From positions 14,756,001 to 14,820,000 of the forward strand of contig OZ024762.1 of assembly GCA_964016885.1 (NCBI GenBank): DNA of 64,000 nt. Reading direction: 5' to 3'. Origin of the DNA: Eledone cirrhosa. Lineage: Eukaryota. Shown piece by piece: positions 42,454 through 57,246 of the stretch. Each line of letters begins with the position of its first letter. Positions within the stretch are counted from its first letter, which is position 1. Both the position numbers and the translations under genes were made by a program. The notes below the pieces were generated by a model. That model saw only the letters and a program-made list of their open reading frames with translations. It was not told where the DNA came from and did not search any database.

Positions 42454-42770
42454 CAAGGGTCGACTGAAAGGTTCATAGGCTGACCAAGATACTCTCATGG
42501 AATGACCAAATGAAGTTTATTCTTCACCATAGTCCCCCTGTTGTTATTTAATAATTGTTTCTACATTTGGCATAAAGCCAGCAAATTACCCAGTACATTA
42601 CTGGTACTTTATTTTATCGACCTCGTTAGGATGTTAGGATGAAAGGTAAAGTTAACCCCTATTGTTATTTAATAATAACAGTTGAAATTAATGCATGCAA
42701 GATTGCAAGATTTCACAGCTCTAACCTCACCCCTTCATAGTCAGCCTATGAACCTTTCTGCCGAACTTAG
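42454..42770 (+). mobile_element. Mariner-type MITE with a nested truncated SINE
   Basis: Same TIR and body as 41492; SINE flanked by direct repeat ttgttatttaataat (42541, 42662); empty copy at ~61254-61449(-). Confidence 0.78.
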
Positions 42771-43020
42771 CATATGTTGATTCGTCTTGGAAAAGAAATC
42801 AAGGAAGGACATGTTAGGTCTCTATAATGTGATGGTCGTGGGTTCGTGGGTAACCCGGTACCCATACGAAATATGCATGGATAGTCACGGCTGTATTGCA
42901 ATGTTTTGCTCATATGTGTATATGCTAGTCCGGGGTGGTTGGCCTATGGTTAAACATGAACAGGGAAAATCTATGTCTATATGTATGTGTGTGAATGTCT
43001 CTATATCTATCTCGCTATGT

Positions 43021-43087
<67 letters not shown>

Positions 43088-43204
43088 ATATATATTAATA
43101 TTTATCCTTATCGAGCCCTCTTGGATTTTAGTCTTCAAATGTATTATTATTACTGTATATATATATAAATATATATATATACACACATATTGTACACACA
43201 CATG

Positions 43205-43267
<63 letters not shown>

Positions 43268-43893
43268 AGAGAGATAGGGGGGGACCAGGGCAGTGGTGGT
43301 GAGAGCTGAGATCTCAAATGGCTGACGAAAGAATGCGACGACTGGAGAGGCGATGTGCTGAAAAGGATCCGTCAAACCCATCCATGCAAACGGGGAAAAA
43401 CGTATATAAAAATGATGTTGATGATATATACAATATACACAACATATATACACTCAGTTATGTATTTGTGAGTGTATGTTCATACGATAGAAAAAGAGAA
43501 AAAATGGGAAGGAAGTAAGAAGATTGAGAGATTGAGAAATAAGCAAGCTGGATAATAAAATAGTAAAAAAACTAAGGGAAGTAACTCTAAATAGTCTTCT
43601 ATCTTTCACTTTATCTCCCTTGTACAATGTATGCCGTCATAGACGTCCCTCCCCATCGTTCCCCTTATTTTTCTTTTCAATACCTCCTCTCCCGTTATTT
43701 GTTTACACACACACACATATATATGTGTGTGTGTGTGTGTGTGTACGTAATTATAGATATATACATCGATATATATATATATATAAATATATACACAAAT
43801 ATATATATATATATATATATGAACAGGGCAAATGTATGTATGTATGTGTATGTCTCTCTCCTCTCATGTACATACACACACGCACACAGATAT

Positions 43894-43976
<83 letters not shown>

Positions 43977-44062
43977 CTGGGCAGTGTCCCCCAAAAAATG
44001 TATACGCACTTAAGCAGCATTCTAATCACTGTGTGTATACATTTTCGGGGGACACCCTGCAT

Positions 44063-44096
<34 letters not shown>

Positions 44097-44167
44097 ATAC
44101 ATATACATATATATACATATATATGTATATATATATATACATTTATATATACATTTATATATACATT

Positions 44168-44214
<47 letters not shown>

Positions 44215-44942
44215 TTGTTTTTTATTCTCCTTCCACTATGTTTGTTTGTTTATTCATGCATCTATTGGAGGAGGAGGAGGAGGAGAATGAGGAGGAGGAG
44301 GAGGGATGCGAGGAGGAGGAGGAGGGAGAAGAAGATGAGGATGGGGAAGAGGGATGAAGAGGAGGGGGGGATCTATTGTTATGTTTACCTCACAGCTTTC
44401 GTTACATTAGAATACATTTCATTAGCTGTTTTGTTGTGTTTTTACAATAACAACATGTTGATTACGTCACTAGATATGGCAGTGTGTGATGATGATGATG
44501 GTGATGGTGATTGACTTGGTGGCGTTGGTGTTGATGATGATGATGGTGTTGATGATGATGATGGTGGTGATTGACTTGGTGGCGTTGGTGTTGATGATGA
44601 TGATGATGGTGATTGTCTTGGTGTCGTTGGTGTTGATGATGATGGTGATTGTCTTGGTGTCGTTGATGATGATGATGATGGATGATGATGGTGATTGTCT
44701 TGGTGTCGTTGGTGTTGATGATGATGATGATGATTGCCTTGGTGGCGTTGGTGTTGATGATGATGATGATGGATGATGATTGCCTTGGTGGCGTTGGTGT
44801 TGATGATGATTGTCTTGGTGGCGTTGGTGTTGATGATGATGATGATGACGGTTTGGTTGTGTCGTCACGCCTTCATCATCGTTCTTGTTACCACCACAAC
44901 CTCCACCGCTACCATCACCACCGCCGCCGCCGCCGTCTCCGA

Positions 44943-44977
<35 letters not shown>

Positions 44978-45065
44978 CGCCACTACCACGACCTCCCCCA
45001 TCACTGATAGCATATCAACATTTTCACCAACACAATGACTACAACTACCACCACTATCAGCAACA

Positions 45066-45098
<33 letters not shown>

Positions 45099-45793
45099 CA
45101 CAACATACCACAACCAAGACCACTAATGCTAAAATATCACCAAATTTTACTAACAACGCGATGACAGTGACCACCACCACCACCACCACCACCACCATCA
45201 CCATCACTACGCCAGAAACCATTACCATCATCATCATCCTCATCACTCACGACCGCTGCTACCATGCCAACAACTAGCATCACCATCACCTCCACTACCT
45301 CCATAATTATCACGAACACAACCACCACCAAAGCAACGCCGACAACCACTACGGAACACAACCACCACCACCACCACCACCACAGCCACGGGGCCAAAAA
45401 CTTTGTATGAAGGACCGAATAACAAGCGCCGGATTTACCATTTTGCTTAAGTGTGCTTAGTGAAGGTCTGAGTGGTTAGAGAATTGGATTCACAATCTTG
45501 AGGTTGTGAGTTCGATTCCTGGACCGGGCGATGCGTTATGTCCTTGAGCAAGACACTTTTTATTTCACGTTGCTCCTTCTACCTGGAGATGCGACCGATA
45601 GATAGTATTAGCAATTGGAAAGATCGATGGAAACATTGTTTCCTCGGTCCGATTTAACGAAAGTCGATTGTTCTTTCTTTCTTTCTTATGTGTACTTTAA
45701 GAACAAGGCCCCGTTGGGGGGACATCTTCCTGTCGCTCCCAAAAGTTTTTACGATGAATTTTTCAAAAGTAAGGTGCCACATAACTAGTACAG

Positions 45794-46205
45794 GGCCTCT
45801 TTGTCCTAAATCCAGAACTGCCCAGAACCTACACAATTAAATCAGACACCGCAAAGCCTCCCCCATCTCGTCCGACGATTTAACCTAACAATTCCACAAA
45901 CATATCCCCGACCCAATTACTGGTACTTTAAGGCCTCTTTCTCCTAAATCCGGCACTGCCCAGAACCTACATAATTAAATCAGACACCGCAAAGCCTCCC
46001 CCATCTCGTCCGACGATTTAACCTAACAATTCCACAAACCTATATCCCCGACCCAATTACTGGTACTTTAAGGCCTCTTTGTCCTAAATCCGGCACTGCC
46101 CAGAAGCTACACAATTAAATCAGACACCGCAAAGCCTCCCTCCATCTCGTCCGACAATTTAACTAACAATCCACCAACCTACCCCCGACCCAATTACTGG
46201 TAGTT
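45794..46205 (+). repeat. ~139-bp tandem repeat, 3 copies
   Basis: ggcctcttt(g/c)tcctaaatcc at 45794, 45932 and 46072. Confidence 0.9.
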
Positions 46206-46439
46206 TATCGACACTGTACGACTGAAGCAAAAAAAAAAAGCAAAGTTGGCTTCGGCAGGATTTCATCAACTGCGGGTTGCAATGACCCGGAACAAATACA
46301 GAGACGTTTTAACTGAGAGGTTCTGAAAGTGGGTGGGAATCGAACTCAGACCAACGCCCTAACCACCAATCCACCCGCATTAAACAACACGATACAACAC
46401 ATACTGTAGACTAGCTCTGCAATACTACCACACAACACA

Positions 46440-48360
46440 TACCACACAACACAACAGGTACTCTACACAACACAACATGTACTCTACACTACACAACATG
46501 TACTCTACACAACAGGTACTCTATACAACACCACAGGTACTCTACACAACACCACAGGTACTCTACACTACACAACACCACACCACAGGTACTCTACACA
46601 ACAGAACAGGTACTCAACACTACACAACAGGTACTCTACACAACATGTACTCTACACAACATGAACTCAACACTACATAACAGGTACTCTACACTACACA
46701 ACAGGTACTCTACACTACACAACAGGTACTCTACACAACACTACAGGTACTCTACACAACACTACAGGTACTCTACACAACACTACAGGTACTCTACACA
46801 ACACTACAGGTACTCTACACAACACTACAGGTACTCTACACAACACTACAGGTACTCTACACAACACTACAGGTACTCTACTACAAGATCACAGCCCAAT
46901 CTATATAAAGATCTACAAATGAAGATAACCAAGACTTACAACTGTACGTAACATACAGGAAATAATATATCCATATCCATATGTATGTATATATAGAGAG
47001 AGGGAGAAGAGAGACCAGTATATATAGAGAGAGGGGAAGAGAGACCAGTGTATGTAGAGAGAGGGGGAAAGAGAGACCAGTGTATATATAGAGAGACGGG
47101 GAGAAGAGAGACCAGTGTATGTAGAGAAAGGGGGAGAAGAGAGACTAGTGTATATAGAGAGAGGGAGAAGAGACCAGTATATATAGAGGGGGAAGAGAGA
47201 CCAGTATATATAGAGGGGGAAGAGAGACCAGTATATATAGAGAGGGGAAGAGAGACCAGTGTATATAGAGAAGGGGAGAAGAGAGACCAGTATATATAGA
47301 GAAGGGGGGGAAGAGAGACCCGTGTATGTAGAGAGAGAGCAGTATATAGAGAGAGGGGGAAGAGAGACCAGTGTATATAGAGGGAGGAAGAGAGACCAAT
47401 ATAAACGGTTGAGGTCCACAGCCACAGAGAGAGGGGTAGATAGAGAAACAGCCAAGCACACACACAGAGAAACTCACATACACACACATACACAACCACA
47501 CACACAGAGAAACTCACATACACACACATACACAACCACACACACAGGGAGGCAGCCACACACATACACAGACCGACACAAACTGCCACACACATACAGT
47601 CACACTCACCAACACATGGAGACAACCACACACACACATTCAAAGAACTACACACACACAGAGAGAGAGCCACAGTCACACATACAACAGAACAAAACAG
47701 CCACACACACACACACACACACCGCCACAAACTGCCACACACACCGCCACAAACACACACACGCCGCCACAAACACAAACCACCACACACACGCCGCCAC
47801 AAACTGTCACACACACACACGCCGCCACAAACTGTCACACACACACACGCCGCCACAAACTGTCACACACACACACGCCGCCACAAACCACCACACACAC
47901 ACACGCCGCCACAAACTGTCACACACACACACGCCGCCACCACAAACTGCCACACACACAAACCACCACACACCCACACCCCGCCACAAACACACCGCCA
48001 GAAACTGCCACACACACGCGCCGCCACAAACTGCCACACACACACGCCGCCACAAACCACCACACACCCACACCCCGCCAGAAACTGCCACACACACGCG
48101 CCGCCACAAACTGCCACACACACACGCCGCCACAAACCACCACACACACACACGCCACCACAAACTGCCACACACACGCCACCACAAACTGCCACACACA
48201 CAAACCACCACACACACACACACGCCACCACAAACCACCACACACACACACACGCCACCACAAACTGCCACACACACGCCACCACAAACTGCCACACACA
48301 CAAACCACCACACACACACACGCGCCGCCACACACCACCACACACACATACACCGCCACA
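46440..48360 (+). repeat. Adjacent short-unit minisatellites (21-bp cacaacactacaggtactcta; gaagagagaccagtatatatag; cgccgccacaaactgccacac)
   Basis: Blocks at ~46440-46880, 46990-47400 and 47700-48360. Confidence 0.9.
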
Positions 48361-48499
48361 CACACACAAAGAAGTATAGAGAGAGAACCAACAGCAGAAC
48401 TTGTAACTAACAAAAGCAATCAATACCGGCGTTAGACATTTTATGAGCAGTGGCGTTTGTTGGAAATGAATTAATTTCACGGTTTCAACCCGTGACGGA

Positions 48500-49250
48500 T
48501 AATAATAATTGTTTCTTCTTTTGGCACAAGGCCAGCAATTACCCAGTACATTACTGGTACTTTATTTTATCGACCCCGTAAGGATGAAAGGCAAAGTTAA
48601 CCTCGGCGGGATTTGAACTCAGAATGGCAAGGGCCGTAACTCTATGCGTCAAAGCATGGCGTCCGACCCTCTACCGACGGATAATAATAATAATTGTTTT
48701 TACTATAGACACAAAGCCAGCAATTTGGGGAGAGGGGAAAGTCGATTAACTGTCGACCCCAGTACGTCACTGGTACTTTATTTTATCGACCCCAATAAGG
48801 ATGAAATGCAAAGATAACCCCCGGAGGAATTTGAACTCAAAACGTAAGGGTTCATAACTATGTCACAAAACATATTCTCCGACGCTCTACTGAACTGCCC
48901 CTTATATATGTAATGATTTCTAGTATAGGCACAAGACCAGTAATTTGTGGGGTGGATAAAGTCGATTAAATCGACCCCGTATGGATGAAAGGAAAAGTTA
49001 ACCTCGGTGGGATTTGAACTCAGACCATAACTATGTCACAAAGCATATTCTCCGACGCTCTACCAGGCTGCCAATCCAGCGCTCTGGATGATGATAATAA
49101 TAATTGTTTCCAGAGGCACAAAGTCAGCAATGGATGGTGGGGGGGGGGGGGTCAGTAAAGCAACGCCAGTGTATTACTGGTACTTTATTTATAGATCCTG
49201 TAAGGATGAAAAGCAAAGCTAACCTCGGCGGGATTTGAACTCAGAACGTA
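48500..49250 (-). mobile_element. Four head-to-tail Meta-like SINEs
   Basis: Repeated aataattgtttc...ggcaca..gccagc...ggatgaaa..caaag..aacc.cgg.ggatttgaactca. Confidence 0.85.
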
Positions 49251-49822
49251 ATGATAATAAAGTGAACAGCCGACAAACAAGCATATAGGATACACCCCAC
49301 CAGCCAGACCTAACGACACCCCACCCCACCAGCCAGGCCGAACGACACCCCACCAGTCAGGCCGAACGACACCCCCACCAGCCACGGACGTACCACACCC
49401 CACCAGCCACGGACGTACCATGCTGATGAGGTATACAGTTACAGAAACATATAACGCTGTGGATTTAGCATTACTGAATGGTTAAGTAGTTCAATCTTCG
49501 ATCATTATATCCCAGCTTCGATCCCAAATATGGGTAAGATTGGGTATGCAGCATAGGCCAATGGTTAACAAGTTCTATCTGTAACATTGATCAAATGGTT
49601 TAATCTACAGCACGGTCAAATGATTAAGAAGTTCGATCTGTAGCATGGCTAAATGGTTGAGAAGTTCGATTTGCAATCATTATATCCTGTGTTCGATCCC
49701 AGATACAAAATGATTAAGACGTTCGATCTGCAATCGATAAATTCCAGATTCGATCCCAGATAGAGATAAAGATATTAATTGAACACGCAGCATGGCCGAA
49801 TGTTCGAGAAGTCCATTTCTTC

Positions 49823-52800
49823 TTCTTCCTTCATCTTCTTCACCCACTTATTGCTGGGAGAATCGCCGTGGGGCGGTGCAGAGCCTTCAGACACCTTCCA
49901 GAGGGTTCTACCACACCTTCCAGAGGGTTCTATCACACCTTCCAGAGGATTCTATCACACCTTCCAGAGGGTTCTATCACACCTTCCAGAGGGTTCTATC
50001 ACACCTTCCAGAGGATTCTATCACACCTTCCAAAGGGTTCTATCACACCTTCCAGAGGCTTCTATCACACCTTCCAGAGGATTCTATCACACCTTCCAGA
50101 GGATTCTATCACACCTTCCAGAGGATTCTATCACACCTTCCAAAGGGTTCTATCACACCTTCCAAAGGGTTCTATCACACATTCCAAAGGGTTCTATCAC
50201 ACCTTCCAGAGGGTTCTATCACACCTTCCAAAGGGTTCTATCACACCTTCCAAAGGGTTCTATCACACCTTCCAGAGGGTTCTATCACACCTTCCAAAGG
50301 GTTCTATCACACCTTCCAGAGGATTCTATCACACCTTCCAGAGGATTCTATCACACCTTCCAGAGGATTCTATCACACCTTCCAAAGGATTCTATCACAC
50401 CTTCCAGAGGATTCTATCACACCTTCCAAAGGGTTCTATCACACCTTCCAGAGGGTTCCATCACACCTTCGAAAGGGTTCTATCACACCTTCCAAAGGGT
50501 TCTATCACACATTCCAGAGGTTTCTATCACACCTTCCAAAGGGTTCTATCACACCTTCCAAAGGGTTCTATCACACCTTCGAAAGGGTTCTATCACACCT
50601 TCCAAAGGGTTCTATCACACCTTCCAAAGGGTTCTATCACACATTCCAGAGGGTTCTATCACACATTCCAGAGGTTTCTATCACACCTTCCAGAGGGTTC
50701 TATCACACCTTCCAAAGGGTTCTATCACACATTCCAGAGGGTTCTATCACACATTCCAGAGGTTTCTATCACACCTTCCAAAGGGTTCTATCACACCTTC
50801 GAAAGGGTTCTATCACACCTTCCAAAGGGTTCTATCACACCTTCCAAAGGGTTCTATCACACATTCCAGAGGTTTCTATCACACCTTCCAAAGGGTTCTA
50901 TCACACCTTCCAAAGGGTTCTATCACACCTTCCAAAGGGTTCTATCACACCTTCCAAAGGGTTCTATCACACCTTCCAAAGGGTTCTATCACACATTCCA
51001 GAGGTTTCTATCACACCTTCCAAAGGGTTCTATCACACCTTCCAAAGGGTTCTATCACACATTCCAGAGGTTTCTATCACACCTTCCAGAGGATTCTATC
51101 ACACCTTCCAGAGGATTCTACCACACCTTCCAAAGGGTTCTATCACACATTCCAGAGGTTTCTATCACACCTTCCAAAGGGTTCTATCACACCTTCCAGA
51201 GGATTCTATCACACCTTCCAGAGGTTTCTATCACACCTTCCAAAGGGTTCTATCACACCTTCCAGAGGATTCTATCACACCTTCCAGAGGATTCTACCAC
51301 ACCTTCCAGAGGTTTCTATCACACCTTCCAGAGGGTTTTATCACACCTTCCAAAGGGTTCTATCACACCTTCCAAAGGGTTCTATCACACATTCCAGAGG
51401 TTTCTATCACACATTCCAGAGGTTTCTATCACACCTTCCAAAGGGTTCTATCACACCTTCCAGAGGATTCTATCACACCTTCCAGAGGATTCTACCACAC
51501 CTTCCAAAGGGTTCTATCACACATTCCAGAGGTTTCTATCACACCTTCCAAAGGGTTCTATCACACCTTCCAGAGGATTCTATCACACCTTCCAGAGGTT
51601 TCTATCACACCTTCCAAAGGGTTCTATCACACCTTCCAGAGGATTCTATCACACCTTCCAGAGGATTCTACCACACCTTCCAGAGGTTTCTATCACACCT
51701 TCCAGAGGGTTTTATCACACCTTCCAAAGGGTTCTATCACACCTTCCAAAGGGTTCTATCACACATTCCAGAGGTTTCTATCACACATTCCAGAGGTTTC
51801 TATCACACCTTCCAAAGGGTTCTATCACACCTTCCAGAGGATTCTATCACACCTTCCAGAGGTTTCTATCACACCTTCCAAAGGGTTCTATCACACCTTC
51901 CAGAGGATTCTATCACACCTTCCAGAGGATTCTACCACACCTTCCAGAGGTTTCTATCACACCTTCCAGAGGCTTCTATCACACCTTCCAAAGGGTTCTA
52001 TCACACATTCCAGGTTTCTATCACACCTTCCAAAGGTTTCTATCACACCTTCCAGAGGGTTTTATCACACATTCCAGAGGCTTCTATCACACCTTCCAAA
52101 GGGTTCTATCACACATTCCAGAGGTTTCTATCACACCTTCCAAAGGGTTCTATCACACCTTCCAAAGGGTTCTATCACACATTCCAGAGGTTTCTATCAC
52201 ACCTTCCAAAGGGTTCTATCACACCTTCCAAAGGGTTCTATCACACATTCCAGAGGTTTCTATCACACCTTCCAGAGGGTTTTATCACACCTTCCAGAGG
52301 CTTCTATCACACCTTCCAAAGGGTTCTATCACACATTCCAGAGGTTTCTATCACACCTTCCAAAGGGTTCTATCACACCTTCCAAAGGGTTCTATCACAC
52401 CTTCCAAAGGGTTCTATCACACATTCCAGAGGTTTCTATCACACCTTCCAAAGGGTTCTATCACACCTTCCAAAGGGTTCTATCACACCTTCCAGAGGCT
52501 TCTATCACACCTTCCAGAGGGTTCCATCACACCTTCGAAAGGGTTCTATCACACCTTCCAAAGGGTTCTATCACACATTCCAGAGGTTTCTATCACACCT
52601 TCCAAAGGGTTCTATCACACATTCCAGAGGATTCTATCACACCTTCCAAAGGGTTCTATCACACCTTCCAGAGGGTTCCATCACACCTTCGAAAGGGTTC
52701 TATCACACCTTCCAAAGGGTTCTATCACACATTCAAGAGGTTTCTATCACACCTTCCAAAGGGTTCTATCACACCTTCCAAAGGGTTCTATCACACCTTC

Positions 52801-55345
52801 GAAAGGGTTCTATCACACCTTCCAAAGGGTTCTATCACACATTCCAGAGGTTTCTATCACACATTCCAAAGGGTTCTATCACACCTTCCAAAGGGTTCTA
52901 TCACACCTTCCAGAGGGTTCTATCACACCTTCCAGAGAGTTCTATCACACCTTCAAGGGGATTCTATCACACCTTCCAAAGGGTTCTATCACACCTTCCA
53001 GAGGGTCCTATCACACCTTCCAGAGGGTTCTATCACACCTTCCAAAGGGTTCTATCACACCTTCCAAAGGGTTCTATCACACCTTCCAGAGGGTTCTATC
53101 ACACCTTCCAGAGAGTTCTATCACACCTTCAAGGGGATTCTATCACACCTTCCAAAGGGTTCTATCACACCTTCCAGAGGGTTCTATCACACCTTCCAAA
53201 GGGTTCTATCACACCTTCCAGAGGGTTCTATCACACCTTCCAAAGGGTTCTATCACACCTTCCAGAGGGTTCTATCACACCTTCCAAAGGGTTCTATCAC
53301 ACCTTCCAGAGCATTCTATCACACCTTCCAGGGGATTCTATCACACCTTCCAGAGGGTTCTACCACACCTTCCAGAGGGTTCTATCACGCCTTCCAGGGT
53401 TCTATCACACCTTCCAGAGGGTTCTATCACACCTTCCAGAGGGTTCTATCACACCTTCCAGAGGATTCTATCACACCTTCCAAAGGGTTCTATCACACCT
53501 TCCAGAGGGTTCTATCACACCTTCCAGAGGGTTCTATCACACCTTCCAGAGGATTCTATCACACCTTCCAGAGGGTTCTATCACACCTTCCAGAGGGTTC
53601 TATCACACCTTCCAGAGGGTTCTATCACACCTTCCAGAGGGTTCTATCACACCTTCCAGAGGGTTCTATCACACCTTCCAGAGGATTCTATCACACCTTC
53701 CAAAGGGTTCTATCACACCTTCCAGAGGGTTCTATCACACCTTCCAAAGGGTTCTATCACACCTTCCAGAGGGTTCTATCACACCTTCCAGAGGGTTCTA
53801 TCACACCTTCCAAAGGGTTCTATCACACCTTCCGGAGGGTTCTATCACACCTTCCAGAGCATTCTATCACACCTTCCAGAGGTTTCTATCACACCTTCCA
53901 AAGGGTTCTACCACACCTTCCAGAGGTTTCTATCACACCTTCCAGAGCATTCTATCACACCTTCCAGAGGATTCTATCACACCTTCCAGAGGATTCTATC
54001 ACACCTTCCAGAGAGTTCTATCACACCTTCCAGAGGTTTCTATCACACCTTCCAGGGGATTCTATCACACCTTCCAGAGGGTTCTATCACACCTTCCAGA
54101 GGGTTCGGTTCTACCACACCTTCCAGAGGGTTCTATCACACCTTCCAGGGTTCTATCACACCTTCCAGAGAGTTCTATCACACCTTCCAGAGGTTTCTAT
54201 CACACCTTCCAGGGGATTCTATCACACCTTCCAGGCGGTTCTATCACACCTTCCAGAGGTTTCTATCACACCTTCCAGAGGGTTCTATCACACCTTCCAG
54301 AGGGTTCTATCACACCTTACAGAGGGTTCGGTTCTACCACACCTTCCAGAGGGTTCTATCACACCTTCCAGGGTTCTATCACACCTTCCAGAGAGTTCTA
54401 TCACACCTTCCAGAGGTTTCTATCACACCTTCCAGAGGATTCTATCACACCTTCCAGGGGATTCAATCACACCTTCCAGACGGTTCTATCACACCTTCCA
54501 GAGGGTTCTATCACACCTTCCAGAGGGTTCTATCACACCTTCCAGACAGTTCTATCACACCTTCCAGGCGGTTCTATCACACCTTCCAGAGAGTTCTATC
54601 ACACCTTCCAGACGGTTCTATCACACCTTCCAGAGGGTTCTATCACACCTTCCAGACAGTTCTATCACACCTTCCAGGCGGTTCTATCACACCTTCCAGA
54701 GGGTTCTATCACACCTTCCAGACAGTTCTATCACACCTTCCAGGCGGTTCTATCACACCTTCCAGAGGGTTCTATCACACCTTCCAGACAGTTCTATCAC
54801 ACCTTCCAGGCGGTTCTATCACACCTTCCAGAGGGTTCTATCACACCTTCCAGAGGGTTCTACCACACCTTCCAGACAGTTCTATCACACCTTCCAGGCG
54901 GTTCTATCACACCTTCCAGAGGGTTCTATCACACCTTCCAGACAGTTCTATCACACCTTCCAGGCGGTTCTATCACACCTTCCAGAGGGTTCTATCACAC
55001 CTTCCAGACAGTTCTATCACACCTTCCAGGCGGTTCTATCACACCTTCCAGAGGGTTCTATCACACCTTCCAGACAGTTCTATCACACCTTCCAGGCGGT
55101 TCTATCACACCTTCCAGAGGGTTCTATCACACCTTCCAGACAGTTCTATCACACCTTCCAGGCGGTTCTATCACACCTTCCAGAGGGTTCTATCACACCT
55201 TCCAGAGGGTTCTACCACACCTTCCAGACGGTTCTATCCAAAGCAGCCAACCGGATCCAAATGATCCGATTGAATCCCTCCTCCTCCGCCAAGCGGGACC
55301 AGCCGAGCTCATGGAGGTGTTGTGCTCTACTTCGGGGTCTTCTGT
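49823..55345 (-). mobile_element. RTE (Rex3/Expander-like) LINE 3' end split by the 22-bp satellite
   Basis: Minus strand RRPRSR..LHELGWSRL....AALDRTVWKV at 55343-55218; continues after the array into ~65 bp ending in a (GAA)n tail at ~49823-49848. Confidence 0.7.
49891..55238 (+). repeat. 22-bp satellite, ~243 copies (acaccttccagagggttctatc)
   Basis: Direct inspection. Confidence 0.98.
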
Positions 55346-56136
55346 CAGCCAATTGGTTTGTAAATCGTGGGACAGACACATGTAGGGACACACTATATCA
55401 CGCTGAATCTCCTCTGAGAATTACTTTAAGGATACACGTGTCTGTGGAGTTCCCAGTACAACCACAGGCTAATTTCAAGGATAGCAGGTTGTTTCGTTGT
55501 TTGAACAACTGAAACACTCGTCGTCGAAACTGACGCAGATCCAAGCCGGACATATTACAGGTATTTACAACCAGACATGTTTACGGGAGGAGGGGTGTAG
55601 AAGAAATGGGAGAATGGATACACATATATATATACACATACACACACACACACACATATGTATACATACACATATACACATGTATACATACATACATGTA
55701 TATATATACACACACACATGTATACATACACATATACACATGTATATACACACATACACATGTATATACACACATGTATACATACACATATATATACACA
55801 CACATGTATACATACACATACACACATGTATACATACACATACACACATGTATACACACACTCATGTATACATACACATACACACATGTATACACACATG
55901 TATATACACACACACATGTATATATACACACACACATATATACATACACACACACATGTATATACACACACATATATACACATACATCTACATATACACA
56001 CATGTATATACACACACACACATGTACACATTCACGTACACACATGTATACAGACATACACACACATATATACACATACATGTAAACATGACTTTCGTAC
56101 GCGCAAACACACACACACAGGCTCCCATATATGTAA

Positions 56137-56182
<46 letters not shown>

Positions 56183-56216
56183 GCACATACAAGTTTCTAA
56201 CAGGTAAATACGTATG

Positions 56217-56247
<31 letters not shown>

Positions 56248-56305
56248 AAACACGTATGCACACAGTTACACACGTATGCACATACGAACACATGTACACA
56301 CATGT

Positions 56306-56336
<31 letters not shown>

Positions 56337-56774
56337 CTGGTCAGATTTTAGCATCACTTATGAAGCCATACTGGAGAACGTGGTGGTTGTCTTAATTGGT
56401 CCTAGATTAGACCATATCGAACACATATAGATCTATAATCAATAAGCCCCCACCACCAACACCATGGCCGTCACCACCACCACCACCACCACCGCCGCCA
56501 CCACCACCCTCATGCAGAAATCGAACCTTTGATCAACAACCCGATGGTCGTTGAATCCTTCACACCCAAACAACTGGAACGCCTTAACATTCGTTAAGGA
56601 ATAGATCGATCAAATATCGATAAAAGATTCCGACTAGAGATGGTAATTATTTAATCCCAAGTGCCCAAGCAGCCCACCGCACCAACAACGAAATCCCAAG
56701 AGGTAACCAAGCGAGACGGTAAGCAGAAAATACAATACAATTGCACGGCTAATTACGTTATGTAAGACATGTAT

Positions 56775-57102
56775 CCATGTAAAGTCCCGTAACTCCTGAT
56801 AGAGTCGTAGAGACGTCGTATTGACATACGGCGTTTCTTGGGCATTTTAAGCCTGGCGGAGCGCATCTCCTCTCCAGGCCTGAGTACAGCAGATTTCTTC
56901 CAGGGAATGATAGAAAGTGAGAGAGAGATATAGAGGAAGAATCGACCCCAGTACTTAACTGGTATTTTTTTATCGACCTCGTAAGGATGACAGGCAAAGT
57001 TGACCTCGGTGGGATTTGAACTCAGAGAGTAGAGAGTCGGAGCGAATGCCGTATATTATACCATTCTATCTGACGTTCTAACGACTCTGACAATTCTTCG
57101 CC
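56775..57102 (-). mobile_element. Long-tail Meta-like SINE
   Basis: tRNA head at ~57102, Meta domain, tail gactctatcaggagttacgggac. Confidence 0.82.
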
Positions 57103-57119
57103 TATTGTAAGACATGGAA

Positions 57120-57184
57120 AGGCGACGAATTGTCAGAGTCGTTAGAACGTCAAATAGAATACTTTATGGTGTTCGTTCCGACTA

Positions 57185-57246
<62 letters not shown>

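Noticed and set aside
43322-43375. CTGACGA...GAAA as a hammerhead
   Set aside because: Flanking helices do not pair; lies in a LINE/SINE tail remnant
49779-55512. Three ~1800-1900-aa ORFs
   Set aside because: All three plus frames are open only because the 22-bp satellite unit lacks stops; the products are permutations of one repeat
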